DNA of 64,000 nucleotides from Eledone cirrhosa (lineage: Eukaryota): the NCBI GenBank assembly GCA_964016885.1, contig OZ024743.1:24676001-24740000 (forward strand), written 5' to 3'. Positions 36,960 through 49,900 of this stretch are shown piece after piece (the first letter of the stretch is position 1; each line of letters opens with the position of its first letter). A model generated the notes under the pieces. That model saw nothing but the letters and a program-made list of their open reading frames with translations. It made no database searches and was not told the DNA's origin. The position numbers and the translations under genes were made by a program.

Positions 36960-39450
36960 AGTTTGTTCTGTCCCTCCTCAGTCATCTCAACCTTGTTTGA
37001 TGTAGTTAACTGGGCTGACAGTTGGTTCTGTCCCTCCTCAGTCATCCCAACCTTGTTTGCTGTAGTTAACTGTGCTGACAGTTTGTTCTGTCCCTCCTCA
37101 GTCATCTCAACCTTGTTTGCTGTAGTTAACTGGGCTGACAGTTGGTTCTGTCCCTCCTCAGTCATCCCAACCTTGTTTGCTGTAGTTAACAGTGCAGAAA
37201 GTTGGTTCTGTCCTTCCTCAGTCATCCCAAACCTTGTTTGCTGTAGTTAACTGTGCTGACAGTTGGTTCTGTGCCTCCTCAGTCGTCTCAACCTTGTTTG
37301 CTGTAGTTAACTGTGCTGACAGTTGGTTCTGTCCCTCCTCAGTCATCCCAACCTTCTTTGCTGTAGTTAACTGTGCTGACAGTTGGTTCTGTCCCTCCTC
37401 AGTCATCCCAACCTTGTTTGCTGTAGTTAACTGTGCTGACAGTTGGTTCTGTCCCTCCTCAGTCATCCCAACCTTGTTTGCTGTAGTTAACTGTTCTGAC
37501 AGTTGGTTCTGTCCCTCCTCAGTCATCCCAACCTTGTTTGCTGTAGTTAACTGTGCTGGCAGTTGGTTCTGTCCCTCCTCAGTCATCCCTACCTTCTTTG
37601 CTGTAGTTAACTGTGCTGACAGTTGGTTCTGTCCCTCCTCAGTCATCCCAACCTTGTTTGCTGTAGTTAACTGTGCTGACAGTTTGTTCTGTCCCTCCTC
37701 AGTCATCCCAACCTTGTTTGCTGTAGTTAACTGTGCTGACAGTTTGTTCTGTCCCTCCTCAGTCATCTCAACCTTGTTTGCTGTAGTTAACTGTGCTGAC
37801 AGTTGGTTCTGTCCCTCCTCAGTCATCCCAACCTTGTTTGCTGTAGTTAACTGTGCTGACAGTTGGTTCTGTCCCTCCTCAGTCATCCCAACCTTGTTTG
37901 CTGTAGTTAACTGGGCTGACAGTTGGTTGTGTCCCTCCTCAGTCATCCCAACCTTGTTTGCTGTACTTAACAGTGCTGACAGTTGGTTCTGTCCTTCCTC
38001 AGTCATCCCAAACCTTGTTTGCTGTAGTTAACTGTGCTGACAGTTGGTTCTGTGCCTCCTCAGTCGTCTCAACCTTGTTTGCTGTAGTTAACTTTGCTGA
38101 CAGTTGGTTCTGTCCCTCCTCAGTCATCTCAACCTTGTTTGCTGTAGTTAACTGTGCTGACAGATTGTTCTGTCCCTCCTCAGTCATCCCAACCTTGTTT
38201 GCTGTAGTTAACTGTGCTGACAGTTGGTTCTGTCCCTCCTCAGTCATCTCAACCTTGTTTGCTGTAGTTAACTGGGCTGACAGTTGGTTCTGTCCCTCCT
38301 CAGTCATCCCAACCTTGTTTGCTGTAGTTAACTGTGCTGACAGTTTGTTCTGTCCCTCCTCAGTCATCTCAACCTTGTTTGCTGTAGTTAACTGGGCTGA
38401 CAGTTGGTTCTGTCCCTCCTCAGTCATCCCAACCTTGTTTGCTGTAGTTAACAGTGCAGAAAGTTGGTTCTGTCCTTCCTCAGTCATCCCAAACCTTGTT
38501 TGCTGTAGTTAACTGTGCTGACAGTTGGTTCTGTGCCTCCTCAGTCGTCTCAACCTTGTTTGCTGTAGTTAACTGTGCTGACAGTTGGTTCTGTCCCTCC
38601 TCAGTCATCCCAACCTTCTTTGCTGTAGTTAACTGTGCTGACAGTTGGTTCTGTCCCTCCTCAGTCATCCCAACCTTGTTTGCTGTAGTTAACTGTGTTG
38701 ACAGTTGGTTCTGTCCCTCCTCAGTCATCCCAACCTTGTTTGCTGTAGTTAACTGTGCTGGCAGTTGGTTCTGTCCCTCCTCAGTCATCCCTACCTTCTT
38801 TGCTGTAGTTAACTGTGCTGACAGTTGGTTCTGTCCCTCCTCAGTCATCCCAACCTTGTTTGTTGTAGTTAACTGTGCTGACAGTTGGTTCTGTCCCTCC
38901 TCAGTCATCCCAACCTTGTTTGCTGTAGTTAACTGTGCTGACAGTTTGTTCTGTCCCTCCTCAGTCATCTCAACCTTGTTTGCTGTAGTTAACTGTGCTG
39001 ACAGTTGGTTCTGTCCCTCCTCAGTCATCCCAACCTTGTTTGCTGTAGTTAACTGGGCTGACAGTTGGTTCTGTCCCTCCTCAGTCATCCCAACCTTGTT
39101 TGCTGTAGTTAACTGGGCTGACAGTTGGTTCTGTCCCTCCTCAGTCATCCCAACCTTGTTTGCTGTACTTAACAGTGCTGACAGTTGGTTCTGTCCTTCC
39201 TCAGTCATCCCAAACCTTGTTTGCTGTAGTTAACTGTGCTGACAGTTGGTTCTGTGCCTCCTCAGTCGTCTCAACCTTGTTTGCTGTAGTTAACTTTGCT
39301 GACAGTTGGTTCTGTCCCTCCTCAGTCATCTCAACCTTGTTTGCTGTAGTTAACTGTGCTGACAGATTGTTCTGTCCCTCCTCAGTCATCCCAACCTTGT
39401 TTGCTGTAGTTAACTGTGCTGACAGTTGGTTCTGTCCCTCCTCAGTCATC
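36960..39450. repeat. Tandem duplication, offset 1262 then 1202 bp
   Basis: ORF pairs 37192/38454 and 37958/39160. GCAGAAAG, GCTGGC..CCTACCTTC, GTACTTAAC and ACTTTGC are shared. Confidence 0.85.
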
Positions 39451-40559
39451 CCAACCTTGTTTGCTGTAGTTAACTGTGCTGACAGATTGTTCTGTCCCTC
39501 CTCAGTCATCCCAACCTTGTTTGCTGTAGTTAACTGTGCTGACAGTTGGTTCTGTCCCTCCTCAGTCATCCCAACCTTGTTTGCTGTAGTTAACTGTGCT
39601 GACAGTTGGTTCTGTCACTCCTCAGTCATCCCAACCTTGTTTGCTGTAGTTAACTGTGCTGACAGTTGGTTCTGTCCTTCCTCAGTCATCCCAACCTTGT
39701 TTGCTGTAGTTAACTGTGCTGACAGTTTGTTCTGTCCCTCCTCAGTCATCCCAACCTTGTTTGCTGTAGTTAACAGTGCTGACAGTTGGTTCTGTCCTTC
39801 CTCAGTCATCCCAAACCTTGTTTGCTGTAGTTAACTGTGCTGACAGTTGGTTCTGTGCCTCCTCAGTCGTCTCAACCTTGTTTGCGGTAGTTAACTGTGC
39901 TGACAGTTGGTTCTGTCCCTCCTCAGTCATCTCAACCTTGTTTGCTGTAGTTAACTGTGCTGACAGATTGTTCTGTCCCTCCTCAGTCATCCCAACCTTG
40001 TTTGCTGTAGTTAACTGTGCTGACAGTGGGTTCTGTCCCTCCTCAGTCATCCCAACCTTGTTTACTGTAGTTAACTGTGCTGACAGTTGGTTCTGTGCCT
40101 CCTCAGTCGTCTCAACCTTGTTTGCTGTAGTTAACTGTGCTGACAGTTGGTTCTGTCCCTCCTCAGTCATCTCAACCTTGTTTGCTGTAGTTAACTGTGC
40201 TGACAGATTGTTCTGTCCCTCCTCAGTCATCCAAACCTTGTTTGCTGTAGTTAACTGTGCTGACAGTTGGTTCTGTCCCTCCTCAGTCATCCCAACCTTG
40301 TTTACTGTAGTTAACTGTGCTGACAGTTGGTTCTGTCCCTCCTCAGCCATCCCAACCTTGTTTGCTGTAGTTAACTGGGCTGACAGTTGGTTCTGTCCCT
40401 CCTCAGTCATCCCAACCTTGTTTGCTGTAGTTAACTGTGCTGACAGTTTGTTCTGTCCCTCCTCAGCCATCCCAACCTTGTTTGCTGTAGTTAACTAGGC
40501 TGACAGTTTGTTCTGTCCCTCCTCAGCCATCCCAACCTTGTTTGCTGTAGTTAACAGTG

Positions 40560-43500
40560 CTGACAGTTGGTTCTGTCCTTCCTCAGTCATCCCAAACCTT
40601 GTTTGCTGTAGTTAACTGTGTTGACAGTTGGTTCTGTCCCTCCTCAGTCATCTCAACCTTGTTTGCTGTAGTTAACTGTGCTGACAGTTTGTTCTGTCCC
40701 TCCTCAGCCATCCCAACCTTGTTTGCTGTAGTTAACTGGGCTGACAGTTGGTTCTGTCCCTCCTCAGTCATCCCAACCTTGTTTGCTGTAGTTAACAGTG
40801 CTGACAATTGGTTCTGTCCTTCCTCAGTCATCCCAAACCTTGTTTGCTGTAGTTAACTGTGTTGACAGTTGGTTCTGTCCCTCCTCAGTCATCTCAACCT
40901 TGTTTGCTCTAGTTAACTGTGCTGACAGTTGGTTCTGTCCCTCCTCAGTCATCCCAACCTTGTTTGCTGTAGTTAACTGTGCTGACAGTTTGTTCTGTCC
41001 CTCCTCAGCCATCCCAACCTTGTTTGCTGTAGTTAACTGGGCTGACAGTTGGTTCTGTCCCTCCTCAGTCATCCCAACCTTGTTTGCTGTAGTTAACTGT
41101 GCTGACAGTTTGTTCTGTCCCTCCTCAGCCATCCCAACCTTGTTTGCTGTAGTTAACTGGGCTGACAGTTTGTTCTGTCCCTCCTCAGCCATCCCAACCT
41201 TGTTTGCTGTAGTTAACAGTGCTGACAGTTGGTTCTGTCCTTCCTCAGTCATCCCAAACCTTGTTTGCTGTAGTTAACTGTGTTGACAGTTGGTTCTGTC
41301 CCTCCTCAGTCATCTCAACCTTGTTTGCTGTAGTTAACAGTGCTGACAGTTGGTTCTGTCCCTCCTCAGTCATCTCAACCTTGTTTGCTGTAGTTAACAG
41401 TGCTGAAAGTTGGTTCTGTCCCTCCTCAGTCATCCCAACCTTGTTTTCTGTAGTTAACTGTGCTGACAGTTGGTTCTGTCCCTCATCAGTCATCCCAACC
41501 TTGTTTGCTGTAGTTAACTGTGCTGACAGTTGGTTCTGTGCCTCCTCAGTCGTCTCAACCTTGTTTGCTGTAGTTAACTGTGCTGACAGTTGGTTCTGTC
41601 CCTCCTCAGTCATCTCAACCTTGTTTGCTGTAGTTAACTGTGCTGACAGTTTGTTCTGTCCCTCCTTAGTCATCCCAACCTTGTTTGCTGTAGTTAACTG
41701 TGCTGACAGTTGGTTCTGTCCTTCCTCAGTCATCCCAACCTTGTTTGCTGTAGTTAACTGTTCTGACAGTTGGTTATGTCCCTCCTCAGTCATCCCAACC
41801 TTGTTTGCTGTAGTTAACTGTGCTGACAGTTGGTTCTGTCCTTCCTCAGTCATCGCAACCTTGTTTGCTGTAGTTAACTGTGCCGACAGATGGTTCTGTC
41901 CCTCCTCAGTCATCCCAACCTTGTTTGCTGTAGTTAACTGTGCTGACAGTTGGTTCTGTCCCTCCTCAGTCATCTCAACCTTCTTTGCTGTAGTTAACTG
42001 TGCTGACAGTTGGTTCTGTCCCTCCTCATTCATCTCAACCTTGTTTGCTGTAGTTAACTGTGCTGACAGTTGGTTCTGTCCCTCCTCAGTCATCTCAACC
42101 TTGTTTGCTGTAGTTAACAGTGCTGACAGTTGGTTCTGTCCCTCCTCAGTCATCCCAACCTTGTTTTCTGTAGTTAACTGTGCTGACAGTTGGTTCTGTG
42201 CCTCCTCAGTCGTCTCAACCTTGTTTGCTGTAGTTAACTGTGCTGACAGTTGGTTCTGTCCCTCCTCAGTCATCTCAACCTTGTTTGCTGTAGTTAACTG
42301 TGCTGACAGTTTGTTCTGTCCCTCCTTAGTCATCCCAACCTTGTTTGCTGTAGTTAACTGTGCTGACAGTTGGTTCTGTCCCTCCTCAGTCATCCCAACC
42401 TTGTTTGCTGTAGTTAACTGTGCTGACAGTTGGTTCTGTCCCTCATCAGTCATCCCAACCTTGTTTGCTGTAGTTAACAGTGCTGACAGTTTGTTCTGTC
42501 CCTCCTCAGTCATCTCAACCTTGTTTGCTGTAGTTAATTGTGCTGACAGTTCGTTCTGTCTCTCCTCAGCCATCCCAACCTTGTTTGCTGTAGTTAACTG
42601 TGCTGACAGTTGGTTCTGTCCTTCCTCAGTCATCCCAACCTTGTTTGCTGTAGTTAACTGTTCTGACAGTTGGTTCTGTCCCTCCTCAGTCATCCCAACC
42701 TTGTTTGCTGTAGTTAACTATTCTGACAGTTGGTTCTGTCCCTCCTCAGTCATCCCAACCTTGTTTGCTGTAGTTAACTGTGCTGACAGTTGGTTCTGTC
42801 CTTCCTCAGTCATCCCAAACCTTGTTTGCTGTAGTAACTGTGTTGACAGTTGGTTCTGTCCCTCCTCAGTCATCTCAACCTTGTTTGCTGTAGTTAACTG
42901 TGCTGACAGTTTGTTCTGTCCCTCCTCAGCCATCCCAACCTTGTTTGCTGTAGTTAACTGGGCTGACAGTTGGTTCTGTCCCTCCTCAGTCATCCCAACC
43001 TTGTTTGCTGTAGTTAACAGTGCTGACAGTTGGTTCTGTCCTTCCTCAGTCATCCCAAACCTTCTTTGCTGTAGTTAACTGTGTTGACAGTTGGTTCTGT
43101 CCCTCCTCAGTCATCTCAACCTTGTTTGCTGTAGTTAACTGTGCTGACAGTTGGTTCTGTCCCTCCTCAGTCATCCCAACCTTGTTTGCTGTAGTTAACT
43201 GTGCTGACAGTTTGTTCTGTCCCTCCTCAGCCATCCCAACCTTGTTTGCTGTAGTTAACTGGGCTGACAATTGGTTCTGTCCATCCTCAGTCATCCCAAC
43301 CTTGTTTGCTGTAGTTAACTGTGCTGACAGTTTGATCTGTCCCTCCTCAGCCATCCCAACCTTGTTTGCTGTAGTTAACTGGGCTGACAGTTTGTTCTGT
43401 CCCTCCTCAGCCATCCCAACCTTGTTTGCTGTAGTTAACAGTGCTGACAGTTGGTTCTGTCCTTCCTCAGTCATCCCAAACCTTGTTTGCTGTAGTTAAC

Positions 43501-43600
43501 TGTGTTGACAGTTGGTTCTGTCCCTCCTCAGTCATCTCAACCTTGTTTGCTGTAGTTAACAGTGCTGACAGTTGGTTCTGTCCCTCCACAGTCATCTCAA
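40560..43600. repeat. Block duplication, offset 2222 bp (37 monomers + 2)
   Basis: ORF pairs 40798/43020 and 41219/43441 have the same order of GTGTTGAC and CAGCCATC monomers. Confidence 0.75.
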
Positions 43601-43990
43601 CCTTGTTTGCTGTAGTTAACTGTGCTGACAGTTGGTTCTGTCCCTCCTCAGTCATCTCAACCTTGTTTGCTGTAGTTAACAGTGCTGACAGTTGGTTCTG
43701 TCCCTCCTCAGTCATCCCAACCTTGTTTTCTGTAGTTAACTGTGCTGACAGTTGGTTCTGTGCCTCCTCAGTCGTCTCAACCTTGTTTACTGTAGTTAAC
43801 TGTGCTGACAGTTGGTTCTGTCCCTCCTCAGTCATCCCAACCTTGTTTTCTGTAGTTAACTGCGCTGACAGTTGGTTCTGTGCCTCCTCAGTCGTCTCAA
43901 CCTTGTTTGCTGTAGTTAACTGTGCTGACAGTTGGTTCTGTCCCTCATCAGTCATCCCAACCTTGTTTGCTGTAGTTAACTTTCTGACAC

Positions 43991-46900
43991 TTTGTTCTGT
44001 CCCTCCTCAGTCATCTCAACCTTGTTTGCTGTAGTTAACTGTGCTGACAGTTGGTTCTGTCTCTCCTCAGTCGTCCCAACCTTGTTTGCTGTAGTTAACT
44101 GTTCTGACAGTTGGTTCTGTCCCTCCTCAGTCATCCCAACCTTGTTTGCTGTAGTTAACTGTTCTGACAGTTGGTTCTGTCCCTCCTCAGTCATCCCAAC
44201 CTTGTTTGCTGTAGTTAACTCTGCTGACAGTTGGTTCTGTCCCTCCTCAGTCATCCCAACCTTGTTTGCTGTAGTTAACTGTGCTGACAGTTGGTTCTGT
44301 CCCTCCTCAGTCATCCCAACCTTGTTTGCTGTAGTTAACTGTGCTGACAGTTGGTTCTGTCCTTCCTCAGTCATCCCAACCTTGTTTGCTGTAGTTAACT
44401 GTGCCGACAGTTGGTTCTGTCCCTCCTCAGTCATCCCAACCTTGTTTGCTGTAGTTAACTGTGCTGACAGTTGGTTCTGTCCCTCCTCAGTCATCTCAAC
44501 CTTCTTTGCTGTAGTTAACTGTGCTGACAGTTGGTTCTGTCCCTCCTCATTCATCTCACCCTTGTTTGCTGTAGTTAACTGTGCTGACAGTTGGTTCTGT
44601 CCCTCCTCAGTCATCCCAACCTTGTTTGCTGTAGTTAACTGTGCTGACAGTTGGTTCTGTCCCTCCTCAGTCATCCCAACCTTGTTTGATGTAGTTAACT
44701 GTGCTGAAAGTTGGTTCTGTCCCCCCTCAGTCATCCCAACCTTGTTTGCTGTAGTTAACTGTGCTGACAGTTGGTTCTGTCCCTCCTCAGTCATCTCAAC
44801 CTTGTTTGCTGTAGTTAACTGTGCTGACAGTTGGTTCTGTCCCTCCTCAGTCATCCCAACCTTGTTTGCTGTAGTTAACTGTGCTGGCAGTTGGTTCTGT
44901 CCCTCCTCAGTCATCCCAACCTTGTTTGCTGTAGTTAACAGTGCTGACAGTTGGTTCTGTCCCTCCTCAGTCATCCCAACCTTGTTTGCTGTAGTTAACA
45001 GTGCTGACAGTTGGTTCTGTCCCTCCTCAGTCATCCCAACCTTGTTTGCTGTAGTTAACTGTGCTGACAGTTGGTTCTGTCCCTCCTCAGTCATCTCAAT
45101 CTTGTTTGCTGTAGTTAACTGTGCTGACAGTTGGTTATGTCCCTCCTCAGTCATCTCAACCTTCTTTGCTGTAGTTAACTGTGCTGACAGTTGGTTCTGT
45201 CCCTCCTCAGTCATCTCTACCTTGTTTGCTGTAGTTAACTGTGCTGACAGTTGGTTCTGTCCCTCCTCAGTCATCCCAACCTTGTTTGCTGTAGTTAACT
45301 GTGCTGACAGTTGGTTCTGTCCCTCCTCAGTCATCCCAACCTTGTTTGCTGTAGTTAACTGTGCTGACAGTTGGTTCTGTCCCTCCTCAGTCATCCCAAC
45401 CTTGTTTGCTGTAGTTAACTGTGCTGACAGTTGGTTCTGTCCCTCCTCAGTCATCCCAACCTTGTTTGATGTAGTTAACTGTGCTGAAAGTTGGTTCTGT
45501 CCCCCCTCAGTCATCCCAACCTTGTTTGCTGTAGTTAACTGTGCTGACAGTTGGTTCTGTCCCTCCTCAGTCATCTCAACCTTGTTTGCTGTAGTTAACT
45601 GTGCTGACAGTTGGTTCTGTCCCTCCTCAATCATCCCAACCTTGTTTGATGTAGTTAACTGTGCTGACAGTTGGTTCTGTCCCTCCTCAGTCATCCCAAC
45701 CTTGTTTGCTGTAGTTAACTGTGCTGACAGTTGGTTCTGTCCCTCCTCAGTCATCCCAACCTTGTTTGCTGTAGTTAACTGTGCTGACAGTTGGTTCTGT
45801 CCCTCCTCAGTCATCTCAACCTTGTTTGCTGTAGTTAACTGTGCTGACAGTTGGTTCTGTCCCTCCTCAGTCATCTCAACCTTGTTTGCTGTAGTTAACT
45901 GTGCTGACAGTTGGTTCTGTCCCTCCTCAGTCATCCCAACCTTGTTTGCTGTAGTTAACTGTGCTGGCAGCTGGTTCTGTCCCTCCTCAGTCATCCCAAC
46001 CTTGTTTGCTGTAGTTAACAGTGCTGACAGTTGGTTCTGTCCCTCCTCAGTCATCCCAACCTTGTTTGCTGTAGTTAACAGTGCTGACAATTGGTTCTGT
46101 CCCTCCTCAGTCATCCCAACCTTGTTTGCTGTAGTTAACTGTGCTGACAGTTGGTTCTGTCCCTCCTCAGTCATCCCAACCTTGTTTGCTGTAGTTAACA
46201 GTGCTGACAGTTGGTTCTGTCCCTCCTCAGTCATCTCAACCTTGTTTGCTGTAGTTAACTGTGCTGACAGTTGGTTCTGTCCCTCCTCAGTCATCCCAAC
46301 CTTGTTTGCTGTAGTTAACAGTGCTGACAGTTGGTTCTGTCCCTCCTCAGTCATCCCAACCTTGTTTGCTGTAGTTAACTGTGCTGACAGTTGGTTCTGT
46401 CCCTCCTCAGTCATCTCAATCTTGTTTGCTGTAGTTAACTGTGCTGACAGTTGGTTATGTCCCTCCTCAGTCATCTCAACCTTCTTTGCTGTAGTTAACT
46501 GTGCTGACAGTTGGTTCTGTCCCTCCTCAGTCATCTCTACCTTGTTTGCTGTAGTTAACTGTGCTGACAGTTGGTTCTGTCCCTCCTCAGTCATCCCAAC
46601 CTTGTTTGCTGTAGTTAACTGTGCTGACAGTTGGTTCTGTCCCTCCTCAGTCATCCCAACCTTGTTTGCTGTAGTTAACTGTGCTGACAGTTGGTTCTGT
46701 CCCTCCTCAGTCATCCCAACCTTGTTTGCTGTAGTTAACTGTGCTGACAGTTGGTTCTGTCCCTCCTCAGTCATCCCAACCTTGTTTGCTGTAGTTAACT
46801 GTGCTGACAGTTGGTTCTGTCCCTCCTCAGTCATCTCTACCTTGTTTGCTGTAGTTAACTGTGCTGACAGTTGGTTCTGTCCCTCCTCAGTCATCCCAAC

Positions 46901-49900
46901 CTTGTTTGCTGTAGTTAACAGTGCGGACAGTTGGTTCTGTCCCTCATCAGTCATCCCAACCTTGTTTGCTGTAGTTAACTGTGCTGACAGTTGGTTCTGT
47001 CCCTCCTCAGTCATCCCAACCTTGTTTGCTGTAGTTAACTGTGCTGACAGTTGGTTCTGTCCCTCCTCAGTCATCCCAACCTTGTTTGCTGTAGTTAACT
47101 GTGCTGACAGTTGGTTCTGTCCCTCCTCAGTCATCCCAACCTTGTTTGCTGTAGTTAACTGTGCTGACAGTTGGTTCTGTCCCTCCTCAGTCATCCCAAC
47201 CTTGTTTGCTGTAGTTAACTGTGTTGACGGTTGGTTCTGTCCCTCCTCAGTCATCCCAACCTTGTTTGCTGTATTTAACTGTGCTGACAGTTTGTTCTGT
47301 CCCTCTTCAGCCATCCCAACCTTGTTTGCTGTATTTAACTGGGCTGACAGTTTGTTCTGTCCCTCCTCAGCCATCCCAACCTTGTTTGCTGTAGTTAATA
47401 GTGCTGACAGTTGGTTCTGTCCCTCATCAGTCATCTCAACCTTGTTTGCTGTAGTTAACTGTGCTGACAGTTGGTTCTGTCCTTCCTCAGTCATACCAAA
47501 CCTTGTTTGCTGTAGTTAACTGTGTTGACAGTTGGTTCTGTCCTTCCTCAGTCATCCCAAACCTTGTTTGCTGTAGTTAACTGTGTTGACAGTTGGTTCT
47601 GTCCCTCCTCAGTCATCTCAACCTTGTTTGCTCTAGTTAACTGTGCTGACAGTTGGTTCTGTCCCTCCTGAGTCATCCCAACCTTGTTTGCTGTAGTTAA
47701 CTGTGCTGACAGTTTGTTCTGTCCCTCCTCAGCCATCCCAACCTTGTTTGCAGTAGTTAACTGGGCTGACAGTTGGTTCTGTCCCTCCTCAGTCATCCCA
47801 ACCTTGTTTGCTGTAGTTAACTGTGCTGACAGTTTGTTCTGTCCCTCCTCAGCCATCCCAACCTTGTTTGCTGTAGTTAACTGGGCTGACAGTTTGTTCT
47901 GTCCCTCCTCAGCCATCCCAACCTTGTTTGCTGTAGTTAACAGTGCTGACAGTTGGTTCTGTCCTTCCTCAGTCATCCCAAACCTTGTTTGCTGTAGTTA
48001 ACTGTGTTGACAGTTGGTTCTGTCCCTCCTCAGTCATCCCAACCTTGTTTGCTGTAGTTAACTGTGCTGACAGTTGGTTCTGTCCCTCCTCAGTCATCCC
48101 AACCTTGTTTGCTGTAGTTAACTGTGCTGACAGTTGGTTCTGTCCTTCCTCAGTCATCCCAACCTTGTTTGCTGTAGTTAACTGTGCCGACAGTTGGTTC
48201 TGTCCCTCCTCAGTCATCCCAACCTTGTTTGCTGTAGTTAACTGTGCTGACAGTTGGTTCTGTCCCTCCTCAGTCATCTCAACCTTCTTTGCTGTAGTTA
48301 ACTGTGCTGACAGTTGGTTCTGTCCCTCCTCATTCATCTCACCCTTGTTTGCTGTAGTTAACTGTGCTGACAGTTGGTTCTGTCCCTCCTCAGTCATCCC
48401 AACCTTGTTTGCTGTAGTTAACTGTGCTGACAGTTGGTTCTGTCCCTCCTCAGTCATCTCAACCTTGTTTGCTGTAGTTAACTGTGCTGACAGTTGGTTC
48501 TGTCCCTCCTCAGTCATCCCAACCTTGTTTGCTGTAGTTAACTGTGCTGACAGTTGGTTCTGTCCCTCCTCAGTCATCCCAACCTTGTTTGCTGTAGTTA
48601 ACTGTGCTGACAGTTGGTTCTGTCCCTCCTCAGTCATCTCAACCTTGTTTGCTGTAGTTAACTGTGCTGCCAGTTGGTTCTGTCCCTCCTCAGTCATCTC
48701 AACCTTGTTTGCTGTAGTTAACTGTGCTGACAGTTGGTTCTGTCCCTCCTCAGTCATCCCAACCTTGTTTGCTGTAGTTAACAGTGCTGACAGTTGGTTC
48801 TGTCCCTCCTCAGTCATCCCAACCTTGTTTGCTGTAGTTAACTGTGCTGACAGTTGGTTCTGTCCCTCCTCAGTCATCTCAATCTTGTTTGCTGTAGTTA
48901 ACTGTGCTGACAGTTGGTTATGTCCCTCCTCAGTCATCTCAACCTTCTTTGCTGTAGTTAACTGTGCTGACAGTTGGTCCTGTCCCTCCTCAGTCATCTC
49001 TACCTTGTTTGCTGTAGTTAACTGTGCTGACAGTTGGTTCTGTCCCTCCTCAGTCATCCCAACCTTGTTTGCTGTAGTTAACTGTGCTGACAGTTGGTTC
49101 TGTCCCTCCTCAGTCATCCCAACCTTGTTTGCTGTAGTTAACTGTGCTGACAGTTGGTTCTGTCCCTCCTCAGTCATCCCAACCTTGTTTGCTGTAGTTA
49201 ACTGTGCTGACAGTTGGTTCTGTCCCTCCTCAGTCTTCCCAACCTTGTTTGATGTAGTTAACTGTGCTGAAAGTTGGTTCTGTCCCCCCTCAGTCATCCC
49301 AACCTTGTTTGCTGTAGTTAACTGTGCTGACAGTTGGTTCTGTCCCTCCTCAGTCATCTCAACCTTGTTTGCTGTAGTTAACTGTGCTGACAGTTGGTTC
49401 TGTCCCTCCTCAATCATCCCAACCTTGTTTGATGTAGTTAACTGTGCTGACAGTTGGTTCTGTCCCTCCTCAGTCATCCCAACCTTGTTTGCTGTAGTTA
49501 ACTGTGCTGACAGTTGGTTCTGTCCCTCCTCAGTCATCCCAACCTTGTTTGCTGTAGTTAACTGTGCTGACAGTTGGTTCTGTCCCTCCTCAGTCATCTC
49601 AACCTTGTTTGCTGTAGTTAACTGTGCTGACAGTTGGTTCTGTCCCTCCTCAGTCATCTCAACCTTGTTTGCTGTAGTTAACTGTGCTGACAGTTGGTTC
49701 TGTCCCTCCTCAGTCATCCCAACCTTGTTTGCTGTAGTTAACTGTGCTGGCAGCTGGTTCTGTCCCTCCTCAGTCATCCCAACCTTGTTTGCTGTAGTTA
49801 ACAGTGCTGACAGTTGGTTCTGTCCCTCCTCAGTCATCCCAACCTTGTTTGCTGTAGTTAACAGTGCTGACAGTTGGTTCTGTCCCTCCTCAGTCATCCC

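Larger units (their letters stand above)
36001..43990. repeat. Satellite subfamily domain C (transition)
   Basis: The CTAG monomer is lost. New variants appear: GCAGAAAG (~37195, ~38456), GTACTTAAC, CAGATTG, GTGTTGAC, TTTTCTG, CCTTAG. Both 1-nt deletions (~42835, ~43982) lie here. Confidence 0.65.
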
